Shown piece after piece: positions 22,434-35,600 of a stretch of DNA of 64,000 nt. Below the pieces are notes generated by a model. The model did no database searches. It saw nothing but the letters and a program-made list of their open reading frames with translations, and was not told where the DNA came from. The position numbers and the translations under genes were made by a program. Source of the stretch: Octopus sinensis (Eukaryota); the NCBI RefSeq assembly GCF_006345805.1, contig NC_043003.1, positions 19,096,001 through 19,160,000 of the forward strand, read 5' to 3'. The number at the start of each line of letters is the position of its first letter. The stretch's first letter is position 1.

Positions 22434-24564
22434 GTAAGTATGGCAATGATTATTATTATGAAGCTCATGGCTTTTCTTGTAATTTACAGAAGTGCTCGCG
22501 TCCTGTAGATGCTGGATCTGCTGGTGTCTATGCTATTAAGGGTTGTCCTGTACTTTAACCAAATCTGTAAAGCATGTCTTTGAATCATACTCAAAACAGA
22601 TACTGCAGTTTTCTAGATCAAAACACTTTACAATCAGTTTTTCAAAAAGAGAAAAGCTGTGCTCTCTCTCTGGTCACTTGACCTGCTGGAAATTGTAGCT
22701 ATATCTCCTTCAAGTCAAACTCTGCCATCTTAAAAAAGAAAATAACCTAATGAGCTATTCAATAATGTTCTAAAATGATGGAAGTGTCATAGGTGTAATG
22801 CCTTTGATGACAAGACTGCTTGTTTAAGGCATACTACAGGGAGACCAAACATTACTCCAATCTTGAGTGGCTTTTGTCCTGTTGTACCTATTTACAGCTA
22901 GGTGAGTTGGGCTATTTGAGGGTAAAATGTATTTGGTCAATAGTAGACAGGTTGTATTAGGGGTAGGATATGAACAACTGACATAACTCAGTGCAGGCAT
23001 GGATGGATGGTTAAGAAGTTTGCTTTACAACCATGTGGTTTTGGGTTCAGTTCCACTATGCTGCACCTCAGATAAATGTCTTAGCTCTGGGCTGACCAAT
23101 GCCCATGGCTATAAAAGATCTTGGTAGAAAGAAACTGTCAGGAAGCTTACCATGTGTGTGTGTGTATTTATTCCCCTGCCACTTGGCAACCAGTGTTGGT
23201 TCTTTACATCCCCATAGCTTAGCAGTTTGGCAAAAGAGACTGATAGAATAAGCACCAGACATGAAAATAAGCCCTGGGGTCAATTTGTTTGACCTAAACT
23301 CTTTAAGACTGCTCTAGCATGGCTGCGGTCCAATGATTGAAACAATTAAAAGGTATATAAAAAAAATCAATAATTTGTTTGATTGTCCCTAATCAATATG
23401 ATGGACATCAGACAACTCTGTATTCAAAATGCAAGGCATTTTGTGTTAGTTAGAGAGCAACCTTTAAGTGTTGTACCATAACATTTAACTAGTTAACTTT
23501 TTGTCAATGACAAGAGACTAAGACCTTTGAAAATATGCTGTGATTGAGAAGACCCGCAAGTAAAGCGAGATCACAGCCGTGGCCGATGCCAGTGTTGCGT
23601 AACCAGCTCATTTAAAAGTAGCTTTGAAGCGTCGGGCAATATGATGTGTTTGAGAAGACCTGTTGACTCAAGTAAAATTGAAATTGTGGTCATTGCCAGT
23701 GCCACCTGACTGGCATTGAGCGTGGGTTGATGCCAGTATCACCTGACTGGGTTCCCGTGCCAGTGGCACGTAAAAAGCACCATGCAAACATGGTTGATGC
23801 CAGTGCTCCCTGACTGGGTCCTGTGCTGGTGATACATAAAAAGCACCATGCAAACTTAGTTGATGCCAGTGCCCCTTGACTGCCTCCCATGCCAGTGGTA
23901 CATAAAAAGCACCATGCAAACATGGTTAATACCAGTATCACCTGACTCGCTCCCATGCTGGTGGCACGTAAAAAGCATCCACTAAACTCTTGGAATGGTT
24001 GGCATTAGGAAGGGCAACCAGCTGTAGAAACCTTGCCAGATCAGATTGGAGCCTGGTGCAGCCTCCTGGTTTGCCAGTCCTCTGTCAAACCGTCCAACCC
24101 ATGCCAGCATGGAAAGTGGACGTTAAATGATAACAATGATGCCTCTGTGTATATTTTAATATGAGAGCCATAATATTCTCACCTGCCATAAGGCGACTGG
24201 CTGACAGAATCATTAGCATTTCAAACAAAATGCTTAGTGGCATTTTGTTTTTTTTCGCATTCTGAGTTTAAATTCTGCCAAGGTCAAATCAGCCTTTCAC
24301 ACTTTCAAGGGTCAATAAAAGAAGTACTAGTTGATCTCTGAGGTTGAGTTAATCGACTAGCCCCCCCCCCCACTGCAAGATTGGAAACCAATATTCACAC
24401 CTCTTTTCTATCTCTGTCCCTTCACTCTGTTTTTTACACACATAAACATACATGCACACACACACACTCTTTCTCTCTCTCTCTCTCTCTGCTTGTGTTT
24501 ATTGTGGCTATGTCCCTCCTGTAACACCATCCTATCATCACATTGTTTGTATTTCTCTACACAG

Positions 24565-24690
24565 ACACTTCCTCGGCACCGTCTTGGAGTCGAATTGATA
24601 CCCATGTCATATGTACCAGGTGGAAAGATAGATCATTATCTTGGAAGTTATAACTTCTTCTTTATCAGGGAAAGCACATCAGTTCGAGAG
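24565..24690 (+). CDS. C2CD5: C2CD5 exon 17 in window
   Basis: acacag|ACA...GAG|gtgagt. ...GVELIPMSYVPGGKIDHYLGSYNFFFIRESTSVRE. Confidence 0.95.
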
Positions 24691-25407
24691 GTGAGTTTTC
24701 CTTTCCTTTTTGACAAATGCTTTTTTTTTTTTTTAAATCTTCCTACTAAAATACCATATGTGGTGACATAAAAGATGCATGGGCATCTTAGACATAATCC
24801 AATTTCAGCAGAACAGATTCAGGAAAAAAGAGTGTCAGGGACAAAATTAGCTTATGGCAGGCTCAACATCACATATAAGAACCAGGGTGACCTTTTGAGA
24901 CGTGGGGTGAAGGGAGTGCATCTTATATGCCATCAAATGTGGTAGGTTTTTTTTTTTTTGTTAAAGCTTTCTGAAGATGTCATTTATGTTCACCCTGGTC
25001 TTCTAGGCAAGGTACATTAATTCTAATTGTCTCAGTTGATTTCGTTGACAAACGAATTCCACTCATAATTTGTGCATGCTTTTCTAGGATGAACAAACTG
25101 CACCAAAGAAATTGGTCCATTAAAATCTATCACTGTGCAAAATGACCAAAAACAGTGATTCTTTATTTAACTATATCAATCATTTTGTTTGGTTCACATG
25201 GTTGATACCTTCACTTGTAATCCTCATTATCATCATCATCCGTATTCTATGCTGGCATGGTAACTTGACAGGATCCAACAGGTCAGACAACTGTGTTGTT
25301 GAGCTCCAATGTCTACTTTGGCATGGTTTCTGCAGCAGGATGTCCTTCTTATTGCCAACTACTTTATGGACTGTATTGAGTGTTTTTTTATGGTAGCAGT
25401 ACCAGCA

Positions 25408-25742
25408 AGGCGCATGGCTCAGTGGTTAGAGCGTCGAGCTTACAATCATGAGGTTGTGAGTTCGAATCCTGGACCAGGCTGTGTGTTGTGTTCTTGAGCA
25501 AGACACTTTATTTCACATTACTCCAGTTCACTCAGCTGTAGAAACAAGTTGCAACATCGCAGGTGCGAAGCTGTATCGACCCCTTTGCCTTTCCCTTGGA
25601 TAACACTTGTGGTGTGGAGAGGGGAGGCCGTTATGCATAGGCGACTGCTGGTCTTCCATAACCAACCTTGCCTGGACATGTGCCTTGGAGGGTAACTTTC
25701 TAGGTGCAATCCTACAGTCAGTCATGACTGAAGGGTTTCTCA
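25408..25742 (+). mobile_element. tRNA-headed SINE family E
   Basis: Head GGCGCATGGCTCAGTGGTTAGAGCG..GAGTTCGAATCC then TTCTTGAGCAAGACACTTTATTTCAC. Second full copy 27668-27995; fragments about 28030-28145, 32790-32920, 51470-51600, 54420-54545. Confidence 0.8.
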
Positions 25743-26704
25743 ACTCAACCAGCAAGGTCACCAAACACTCACAAAAAAAACTATATTTTTCATATAGTCT
25801 AAATCAATTTTCTTAAAGAACGTTAACTAAATCTAATATATTCTAACAGTAAAAATATCGAAATATTCATAGACTTTAGAGTGCTCACACTATCTACAAC
25901 AACAATAACAATTTGTACCTTGCCTTGAAATTCTGTTTCAGAAATAAGAGGAAGGCAAGTTGATCTGTTTTGTATTCAGAGGATGCTTGCCAGTCATTGA
26001 GCACGCAGTATTTGGTCAAACATACATGCAGAGTGTAATCACTGAGGTTGATAGGTTTTTTTATTTTTATATGCACATCTTATTTGTCCTTGGCCTTATC
26101 ATCATTATCGTTTAATGTCCGCTTTCCATGCTAGCATGGGTTGGATGATTTGACTGAGGTCTGGCGAACCAGGCTCCAATCTAATCTGGTAGATTTTCTA
26201 CTGCTAGATGCCCTTCCTGACGTCAACCACTCCGAGAGTATAGTGGGTGATTTTATGTGCCACCGGCACGAGGGCCAGTCAGGCGGTACTGGTAACGGCC
26301 ATGTTCAAATGGTGCTTTTTATGTGCCACCTGCACAGGAGCCAGTCCAGCAGCACTGGCAACGACCTCACTCAAATGTTTTTTCACATGCCACCAGCACA
26401 AGTGCCAGTAAGGTAACGCAGGTAACGATCACGCTCAAATGGTGCTTTTTATATGTCACTGGCACAGAAGCCAGTTTGTTGCTCTGGCAACGATCATGCT
26501 CAGATGGTGACCTTGCCCTGAAGACAAATCACCCATGAAAGCTGTTTTGATCCTAACCTTAACTCTGACCAGATCCCAGTGAGACAGTAAACGTCGGTGG
26601 CAGCAGTGGCGATATTGCTTTAGTTGTGCTAAAGGGAACCTGATAATAATAATAATAATACAAATGATGATGATCTGTAAAAAGAAAATTATTTCTGTTT
26701 TCAG

Positions 26705-26851
26705 ATGGGAGGAGCCTGTGGTTTTATGCAAAGCTTTGTGTCAGAGGTGAAAGCTATTGTACGAGCTCATGTTGGAGCTTTAGGTGGTAATGCCATGGTT
26801 GCCTACAAAATGAATGAATGTATTCTTCTCAACAATCCCCATAAAAACCAG
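26705..26851 (+). CDS. C2CD5: C2CD5 exon 18 in window
   Basis: tttcag|ATG...CAG|gtattt. MGGACGFMQSFVSEVKAIVRAHVGALGGNAMVAYKMNECILLNNPHKNQ (YbjQ-like AxxLGGNA motif). Confidence 0.95.
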
Positions 26852-26942
26852 GTATTTAAATTTAATTATTCTTTTACCACTTGCTAATTCCATTTACACT
26901 AATTGCACCTGAACTAACAAATAGACAAGTATTGCATCTCTG

Positions 26943-26977
<35 letters not shown>

Positions 26978-27318
26978 TGGTAAAAATTCTAACGTCAATG
27001 ATATATGCACTATTTTCTGAGAATTTTGTTAAAATATTTTTTCTTATAAATGTACTAAAATTAAATTTAATCAACTTCGGCACAGACATAGTTGTGTGTT
27101 TACCTTGCATATTTGGTTGCCCTTGGGAAAAGAAATATCTGTATTGATATTTCTTACCTGTGCAGACTACCTCGGTATCGGCATGTAATAACAATGATGG
27201 CAGAGGTTTAATGTTTGTAAAGGAAGACAACTCTATTGCGTAACTGTTTGCTTTTCATTTCAATAGGTTTTAAGATTTGTACGTCTCTTATAAGGCAGCT
27301 GACAGAACTGTGAGCTCA

Positions 27319-27553
27319 TAGAGGCAGCAAGCTGGCAGAAACGTTAGCACGACAGGCAAAATGTTTAGCAGTATTTCGTCTGCCTCTAAGTTCTGAGTTC
27401 AAATTCCGCCAAGGTCGACTTTGCCTTTCATCCTTTCAGGGTCGATAAATTAAGTACCAGTTATGCACTGGGGTCGATGTAATCGACTTAATACCTATGT
27501 CTGTCCTTGTTTGTCCCCTCTCTGTGTAGCCCCTTGTGGGCAGTAAAGAAATA
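27319..27553 (+). mobile_element. SINE family C (representative copy with 15-bp TSD)
   Basis: AGGCGGCGAGCTGGCAGAA..GAGTTCAAATTC..GGGGTCGAT consensus. TSD AGAACTGTGAGCTCA at 27304-27318 and 27554-27568. Other copies about 603-835, 3940-4150(-), 4455-4665(-), 8525-8720, 8776-8945, 9608-9822, 15152-15390(-), 34237-34449, 46320-46502, 54612-55030 (partial tandem). Confidence 0.85.
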
Positions 27554-28355
27554 AGAACTGTGAGCTCACTGGGTAAAACGGTTAGCTGCATTTCATTTGT
27601 CTTTACGATCTGAGTTCAAATTCTGCCAATATATATGGTTTATTTAAAGTGTGGTATGGAAGGGTGAAGGCACATAGCTCAGTGGTTAGAGCATCAGGCT
27701 CACAATCTTGAGGTAGTGTGTTCAATTCCCAGACTGTGTGTTGTGTTCTTGAGCAAGACACTATATTTCACGTTACTCCAGTTCACTCAGCTGTAGAAAT
27801 GGGTTGCGACGTCACTGGTGCCAAGCCTTATCGGGCTTTGCCTTTCCTTTGCATAACATCAGTGGTGTGGAGAGGGGAGGCTGGTATGCATGGGCAACTG
27901 CTGGTCTTCTATAAACAACCTTGCCCGGACTTGTGCCTGGGAGGGTAACATTCTAGGTGCAATCCCATGGTCAGTCATGACCGAAGGGGGTCTCAGGTCC
28001 TTTGAAATACAAGTACAACTCATTTTTGCCATCTGAGTGGCGTGGATCAATGTGAAATAAAGTGTCTTGCTCAAGAACTCAATGTGCCACCATGTATCAA
28101 ACTCACAACCTTACAATCCTGAGCCGAACACCTTAGCCACGTGCCTGATTGACATAACGAGTAATAAAACAATTGATTATTTATTTGGTTAACTAATTGA
28201 CAAATAATAAAATAAAGAAGTAAAAAAAAACCCCAGTGTTTCTGTTTATTAATTGGTATAATGACCATCCCAAGATACAGCAAAACAGTATTTATGTATT
28301 TTAAAAGCCTTCTGTTGTAATTTATCTTATGTCTTGTAATATTGGTTAATTTCAG

Positions 28356-28556
28356 TGCCAGTGTCTTATCAATGTCAGTGGCGATGCTGTCAGTGTGTTA
28401 TATGGCTTGGAGCTGCCTTTCGAATTAGCCAACGTGGCCAGCGGCACGCTAAGTGTCAGTCGCGGCGACGTGTCTCAAGCTCAACCCAGCGGCAGTGGTA
28501 ACAACACCCTCTCTACAAACTCAAGACCCGTGTCAGATTCGCCTGTCATCTCATGA
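28356..28556 (+). CDS. C2CD5: C2CD5 terminal coding exon
   Basis: tttcag|TGC CAG TGT CTT ATC AAT GTC AGT GGC GAT GCT (CQCLINVSGDAV)... TGA at 28554-28556. Confidence 0.93.
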   Translation, partial: CQCLINVSGDAVSVLYGLELPFELANVASGTLSVSRGDVSQAQPSGSGNNTLSTNSRPVSDSPVIS

Positions 28557-28793
28557 CACACAGGAAAATGCTAGGATTATAACTAACACACACACACACA
28601 CACACACACAAGAAAAAGGAAAAAAAAAAAGACTAAGGAAATTAACAAAATCATACGATGAAATCACCAGTCTAGCCTTGATAAGCATATATATGCGTAT
28701 GTATGTGTATATACATTATATATATATACACATATATATATATATATACACATATATATATATATATATCTATATATATATATATAATATATA

Positions 28794-28824
<31 letters not shown>

Positions 28825-28852
28825 ACACATATATATATATATATATATACAC

Positions 28853-28888
<36 letters not shown>

Positions 28889-28932
28889 CATACATATATA
28901 TATATATACATATATATGCATATATGTAAATC

Positions 28933-28964
<32 letters not shown>

Positions 28965-29012
28965 ATATATAATATATATATATATACACATATACATATA
29001 TATACATATATA

Positions 29013-29066
<54 letters not shown>

Positions 29067-29067
29067 C

Positions 29068-29104
<37 letters not shown>

Positions 29105-29122
29105 ATATGCACATATATATAC

Positions 29123-29164
<42 letters not shown>

Positions 29165-29520
29165 CCATACATACATACCTAACACAAAGTTGCATCATAT
29201 TGGAGTCAACAATTGCAGCTGCATCTTACAAGCTGCTGTTTAACTTCATTGTTTTTTTTTTGTGAAAATTTAACTTTTTTTTAACCTGCTTTTTTTTTTA
29301 TCTCATTGTGAAAAATGGATAATTATGTCTCACTAAATTTTTTTTATTGAAATTTTCATTTCCTTTGTGTTTTGTTTTATTTTAGTTTTTGTTTTGTTTT
29401 AATTTTATTTTTGTTTGCTTTATTTTATTTTGATTTTTTAGAAAGAAGACTTTATTTATTTATTTATTTATTATTATTAATTTAATTTTCTTTCATTTTG
29501 TTCAGTTTTAAGTTAGATTT
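28557..29520 (+). other. probable C2CD5 3' UTR with about 480 nt interrupted (TA)n tract (28686-29165)
   Basis: Directly follows the stop; TA microsatellite then a U-rich stretch. The 3' end is not determinable; no clear AATAAA found. Confidence 0.5.
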
Positions 29521-29740
29521 TTGTCTTCATATCTAAAACACCACAAAGTTGCTCTTTTCTGTCTACTTACCCCTGCAAATGATGTTTACACTGGTTCAAC
29601 TCCCATTTCCATCTGCTGTGTGTAATATCAAAGTAGTTTGTGTTTGTCTCACCATGTTCTGGGTTCAAACCCAGCTTGGATCCCTTTTGACTTTTATTCC
29701 CCAGAGAGTCAAAATAAGTACTACTCTTGATCTAAGAGTA

Positions 29741-29845
29741 GTATATACTCCACTCATATATACTCCACTCATATATGCTCCACTCATATATACTCCACTC
29801 ATATATGCTCCACTCATATGTACTCCACTCATATATGCTCCATTC
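29741..29845. repeat. 15-bp minisatellite (ATATACTCCACTCAT) x about 7
   Basis: Direct tandem units visible; explains the YTPLI / MSGAY repeat ORFs. Confidence 0.9.
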
Positions 29846-31182
29846 CCTTTATTCTCTAAGATGTACAACCAATATAGGAGATACTTAGTGACATTATTAA
29901 TGCGATGATGGTGGTGGTGATGATGATGGTGATGGTAGTGATGGTGGTGGGGGAAGATCTTTAATGGACCAAATCTATAATCAGTTCTTTAATCCCTATT
30001 AGACCCCTCCCCTTCATTTACATCTTTAATACCTTTAAAAGTATTAACGGGACAACTTCATCTTTCTTTATGTTACTGTATGTTTATTATTGTTATTATT
30101 GTTGCTATTGACATCATCATCATCGTTGATGCTGTTGATGTTGTTATTGATGTTATCACTGAGTTGGTGACTTATGGGCAGTGGACGGGCAGAACCACGA
30201 GAGTGTCGGACAAAATGCTTCGTCTCTTTGGGTTCTGAGTTCATATTTCACCAAGGTCAGCTTTGCCTTTCATCCTTCCAGGGGCTGACAAAATATAAAC
30301 TGAGGTTGATTTAAATTGTCTGCACCCTTCCCCCCAAAATTGTGGCCCTTGTGCCAATCTTAGAATTTGTTCTAAGCATTTCTGTTTCCTCAGTTTTCCT
30401 CTGGTGTTTACAGACAAGCATCACTTAACAGATTTTGTGTCCCCCCTCCCTGCCATTTCTTGATAACACTAACTGGCTTAATGGCAACAATAATTCATAC
30501 ACTGATGATTAGAAAGCTCTGAAATGCTTGCATTCAACAGTCTGGTTGGGGGACATTGCAAACTGGCTTGGTGTGTTTACACCTTTCTGTCTACAGTGAG
30601 AAATTTTCTCCTTGACAAAATACAGCAAATGGATTTTTCTTGTGGGTCTGGATATCCCACAGGCATATTTGAACTGGTAACAAGTTTGTACCTTGGCTGT
30701 GGTTGGCTGCTGGTTCTGACAGATGGCAGTATCAATCATGGACGTTTTCTTTTAGTTTTTTTTTTATTATTATTGTTTCATTTCATTGATTTCCTCAATG
30801 TCGTTATCCCTTTTGTTACCATATAGTAGAAGACACTTAAGCAAGTGTCTTCTACTATAGCTCTGGGCTGACCGAAGCCCTAACGAGTGGATTTGGTAGA
30901 CAGAAACTGAAACAAGCTTAGGTGCACATGCGGTTATGTGGTTTAGAAACTTGCTTCCCAACCATGTGGTCTCAGGTTCAGTCCCAATTTGTAGACAAGA
31001 GTCTTCTGCTATAACCCTGGGCAAATGTCTTCTGGCTATAACTCTGGGCCAACCAAAACCTTGTGAATTGATTTGTTAGATAGCAACTGAAAAAAGCCTA
31101 TTGTATGTATGTATGTGTGTGTGTGTGTGTGTGTGCATACAATAGGCATTTTCAGTTGCTATCTAACAAATCAGTCACAAGG

Positions 31183-31250
<68 letters not shown>

Positions 31251-31298
31251 GTACTGATCCATTCAACAAAAAAAGTACGCCATCTGGTGAGAGATAAA

Positions 31299-31396
31299 TA
31301 TTTATTTAAAGGTCACAATGCATGTATTAAAGCACTACTAATAGTTTCATATTAGTAGCATTTTAATACATGTGTATTGTGACCTTTAAATAAATA
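31299..31396. repeat. 98-nt fold-back inverted repeat
   Basis: Arms of 45 and 47 nt (a 21-nt perfect outer stem TATTTATTTAAAGGTCACAAT) with a 6-nt loop GTTTCA. Confidence 0.9.
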
Positions 31397-31424
31397 ATGT
31401 GAGTGTATGTGTGTGTGTTTGTGC

Positions 31425-31654
31425 ATCTTTGTTTTGACATCACATGATTGTTGTAAATGAGCATCACTGTTTTACAAGCGACGTTGTTTGTTTCCAATTT
31501 TCCATGTAAAACATGTCTAGCCACGGGGAAGTATTACCTTGCTTGGAAACGAGTAAGGGTTAGGGACAGCAAGGGCATCTGGCCATAGAAAATTTGCCGT
31601 CAACAAATTCTTTCTTATTCTTATCAACACAAAAGAGGTGAATGTTAAAATGAA

Positions 31655-31686
<32 letters not shown>

Positions 31687-31690
31687 CTTC
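31425..31690 (+). mobile_element. SINE-like family F with (GAT)n tail
   Basis: TTGACATCAC..GGAAACAGGTGAGGGTTGGCGACAGGAAGGGCATC..CCCATGCAAGCATGGAAAAGTGGAC. Copies about 7205-7470(-), 17030-17285, 50005-50220, 50390-50620, 51620-51855. Confidence 0.75.
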
Positions 31691-32320
31691 TGTTGGAATA
31701 TGCTGTCTGTTTCAGTTAATTAAAAAAAAAAACCAATGAAAAATTTAATGAAATACCTTTTGGCGGTTATTAAACTGATGTTTGGAACATAAATTAACAT
31801 AAATTAATTATTTCAGGTTTTAATTTAGATCAGTTACTTTAAAACAGAAAGTTTGTGCCATAGAATTAGGAGTGATCTTGGGTGGGTGGGTGGAATGGTC
31901 AAAATGGTTAATATCTAACGTTATAATGATGATATTAGCATTCAGATTACTTGGTCAAATGTAATGTTTATTTATTCACTTTGCTTTGAATTAATCATGC
32001 ATTATCTTGTGGCTTTAAGATTTCAACGATGTGATTGTTTATTTTTAGAATGACATTGTTGGTTAGGCGTGAGAGGCCAAAATGTGGTCAGTTTAAACAT
32101 ACAATAGATAGAATATTTAGGCCTTTTGTGGCTGATTTAAATGCTAAAAGGTTAATGATATAACCTCACTATTATGTGAAACATGTTTCTTTAGCATTAT
32201 TTGAACCAGTGTAAATCATTTAAGCACAACCTTTATCCCTATTCTCTCTCCTGCTGAGGAAGCCATGTATTCACCTCTTCCCATCTCTTCCTATATATAT
32301 ATATATATATATACATATAT

Positions 32321-32508
32321 AATAAAAAGACAACAAACAGAAAATTTGACCTATATATATATAAAAAAAACATGTAGTAAATAAACAAATGAACATATAC
32401 GAAATACCACCTGTGTATTTAGTCCATGTTCTTTTGTTTATTTACTACATGTTTTTTTAATTTTATATATATAGGTATGTCAAATTTTCCATTTGTTGTC
32501 TTTTTATT
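32321..32508. repeat. about 190-nt fold-back inverted repeat beside (TA)n
   Basis: AATAAAAAGACAACAAA..AAAATTTGAC..ACATGTAGTAAATAAACAAA mirrored by TTTGTTTATTTACTACATGT..GTCAAATTTT..TTTGTTGTCTTTTTATT. Confidence 0.85.
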
Positions 32509-32580
32509 TAATTCTGAAAATAATTATTTTATTTATGTAACGCACTCACTCTAATTGTTTTTACCTATATATATGTATAT

Positions 32581-32613
<33 letters not shown>

Positions 32614-35600
32614 TACGTACATATGTATGTATATCATGTGATGACATGATTGGCCTGACTGTCAGATGCTGTTATACATCACTGGCCACAATGCACTTTG
32701 CCTTGTTTTAGCTTTCAAATGATGCCACCTCGCTGGCTAGGCGAGCAGGCTAATCTCCCTGATTGGAAGGTTAGTCCATCACAGGGTTACCCAATTACAG
32801 CCAAGTGGACTGGAGCAACATGAAATGAAGTGTTTTGCTCAAGAACACAACACATCACTCAATCCAGGAATCAAACCCACGATTACTAGATTGTCAGTGC
32901 AACACCCTGATTACTAGGCCATGCTCTTTCACATATATTATAGCATATCATATATCACATCATATTCTCTGCTCAGTTGATATCTCTATGACTGTTGCCG
33001 TGAGAAAAAGCACCCAGTACACTTTTGTAAAGTGGTTTGTGTTGGAAGAACATCCAGACATTGAAACCATGCCAAAGCAGACATTGGAACTCGGCACAGC
33101 TCTCTGGCTTTTTGGTTCCATTTGAACTGTTCAACTCATGACAACATGGAAAGAGGGACAGTAAATAGAAACAATATTATTGTATTAGTTTCTCCTCCCT
33201 CCCCCTCTCCCCTCTTACTTCTCTCTACCCATGCGCATCAGCCATTAGCTATTCTAGATATGAAAGTGTCAACGTTATGTGGTTGTTACTGCTGCAACCA
33301 AAAATGTTACACATGCCATATAGGAATAGAAAGTTGTGGGTGTTGAGGAATTCCTTCTCTCTTTGTAATAATATTTGTGACAGATCTTCATCAGGTTTTG
33401 AAAATTGACTGGCAAAATTACTTTCAGAGGATTAGAATAGATATTCACCGAAGTGGTTATGTCTCCTTGCTTCTATTTGGAAATATATTCTATATGCAGG
33501 GCAGGGGTAGATTTAATCCCTTGCTCAGTTTAACACCATCACCTGTCCCTTGACTTTCTTTTGTGATGTATCCTCTATTGCAGGCATTCAGGAACAGTTC
33601 TCCAGAATTAGTCGAAGCCTTGAATGGTGATTTCTTCTTCCATTTCTCCTCTTGGAAGTCCTGCATAAAAATCATGGGTGCTACCCTTCATTCTGATTAA
33701 GTCATTAAAACAATGTGTGTGTATCTTTTGATTGCAAGTTTAAATTTTCATTGGGAGTGTGTAGGTTCAACATGATTTATTCACAATAATTTATCACATT
33801 GTAATTTATAACTTGTGTGTGTGTGTGTATATTCACGTCACTTTATTGTTTATTACATAAATGTGAAATTCCATTGTGGAGTATAGTAAAAAAAAAATTG
33901 TTGAAACTCTTCAACAAATGCAAAAATACATACACAAGGCATAAAGGCCATGAGATAACTGTCTGTGAATGACGGAAGGAGAGACAAAACTCACAACAAT
34001 TCAGTTTTTCTCTGTGACATTCCATGTGGTCACAGTAACCTGATATTGTATATGACCCTCTATCTTTATTTTCTTTTGCCTTGAGCCTGTGGGTTTATTA
34101 GGCCAGAGCTTATCTAGATTTTCATGGTGTTTAGGTTGGGAATACAAGACTCTTGCCTCCACCTCCATCCTGAACCGGACACCAATTTGTCACAGGGCTG
34201 ACCTCCAAATATTACTGGTACTCATTTTTAGCTGAAATAGGCAGAATCGTTAGCACACTGGGCGAAATGCCTAGCGGCATTTCATCTGCCGCTACGTTCT
34301 GAGTTCAAATTTCACCGAGGTCGACTTTGCTTTTCATCCTTTCAGGGTCGATAAATTAAGTACCAGTTACGCACTGGGGTCAATGTAATCGACTTAATCC
34401 GTTTGTTTGTCTCCTCTGTGTTTAGCCCCTTGTGTGTAGTAAAGAAATAGGTACTCATTTTTAGCTGAATGTACTGGATCAATAGGAAAGTGTTTTGTTC
34501 AGAGACACAACTAACCACTTGATCTGCGGATCAAACCAACAAACTAAGGTCAATAATGGTTGTGAGCTCAGCCCCCTAAACTGTAAATCTCTACTAAAAT
34601 ATGTATGTACATTGAAAGAAGCACAAAACTTATTATTCATAATCATATAATCATGTGTATAAATAATTGACAAAACTGTATATACTTGTGTCAAAGTTAA
34701 ATTTTTAGACTTTTTTAAAGCTAAATTTCAGGGGTTGATTGGAAACTACTTTTGAGGTGCTGAAATTCCAGGTTCAATCCCAAGTATTGCACCAGCAGCA
34801 GAACTTCAAATGATTCCTTAAATGAATAAAGGTAAAAGAACTAAAGCAATAAAGCATACTCTTTTACTTATTTCAGTCATTTGACTGCGGCCATGCTGGA
34901 GCACCGCCTTTAGTCAAGCAAGTCAACGCTGGGACTTATTCTTTGTAAGCCCAGTGCTTATTCTATCGGTTTCTTTTGCCGAACCATTAAGTGACAGGGA
35001 TATAAACCCACCAGCATCAGTTGTCAAGTGATGTTGGGGGGGACAAACACAGATACACAAACATACACACACACATATATATACATATATATGATGGGCT
35101 TCTTTGAGTTTCCATCTAAATCCACTCACAAGGCTTTGGTCGGCCCGAGGCTATAGAAATAGACACTTGCCCAAGGTGCCACGCAGTGGGACTGAACCCA
35201 GAACCATGTAGTTGGTAAGCAAGCTACTTACCACACAGCCACTCCTGTGCCTATAGTGAATAAAAGTAGGAAATTCATGTGCCTAGCTTCTGTACGGATT
35301 AATGTTGCAGTGTTGTTATATGACACTAATTGCACTACTTCAATAACGAACTTGAGAAATCTGTAACTTAGTATTTATATGAATTGCATATGAGAGTATA
35401 TAATAATGTGGAAGGAATGGAATTCATTCCCTTCCTGCAGCATTTATACACAGGATAATCCTTCAGTTAGCTAATATTGTTTAGTTACCTGTGCTTGGCT
35501 TTCACAAGTGTTACATGGAAAATTCCAAATTTTTAAAGCCCCTACCAAAAAGGGAGTTGGCATTTTCAAGTATTATAGGGTACTTGGATATATGTTTTCC

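Noticed and set aside
28453-29172. Long YI/IY-rich ORFs on both strands (also 41069, 43867-44368, 50971, 61133 and similar)
   Set aside because: Translations of (TA)n/(CA)n/(CT)n microsatellites.
30495-30545. CTGATGA-TTAGAAAGCTCT-GAAATGCTTGCATT hammerhead-like motif
   Set aside because: Stem II weak and offset, and no stem I complementarity.
30509-30826. ORFs 30509(-) and 30524(+) as a second gene
   Set aside because: No recognisable homology and no consistent splice sites.
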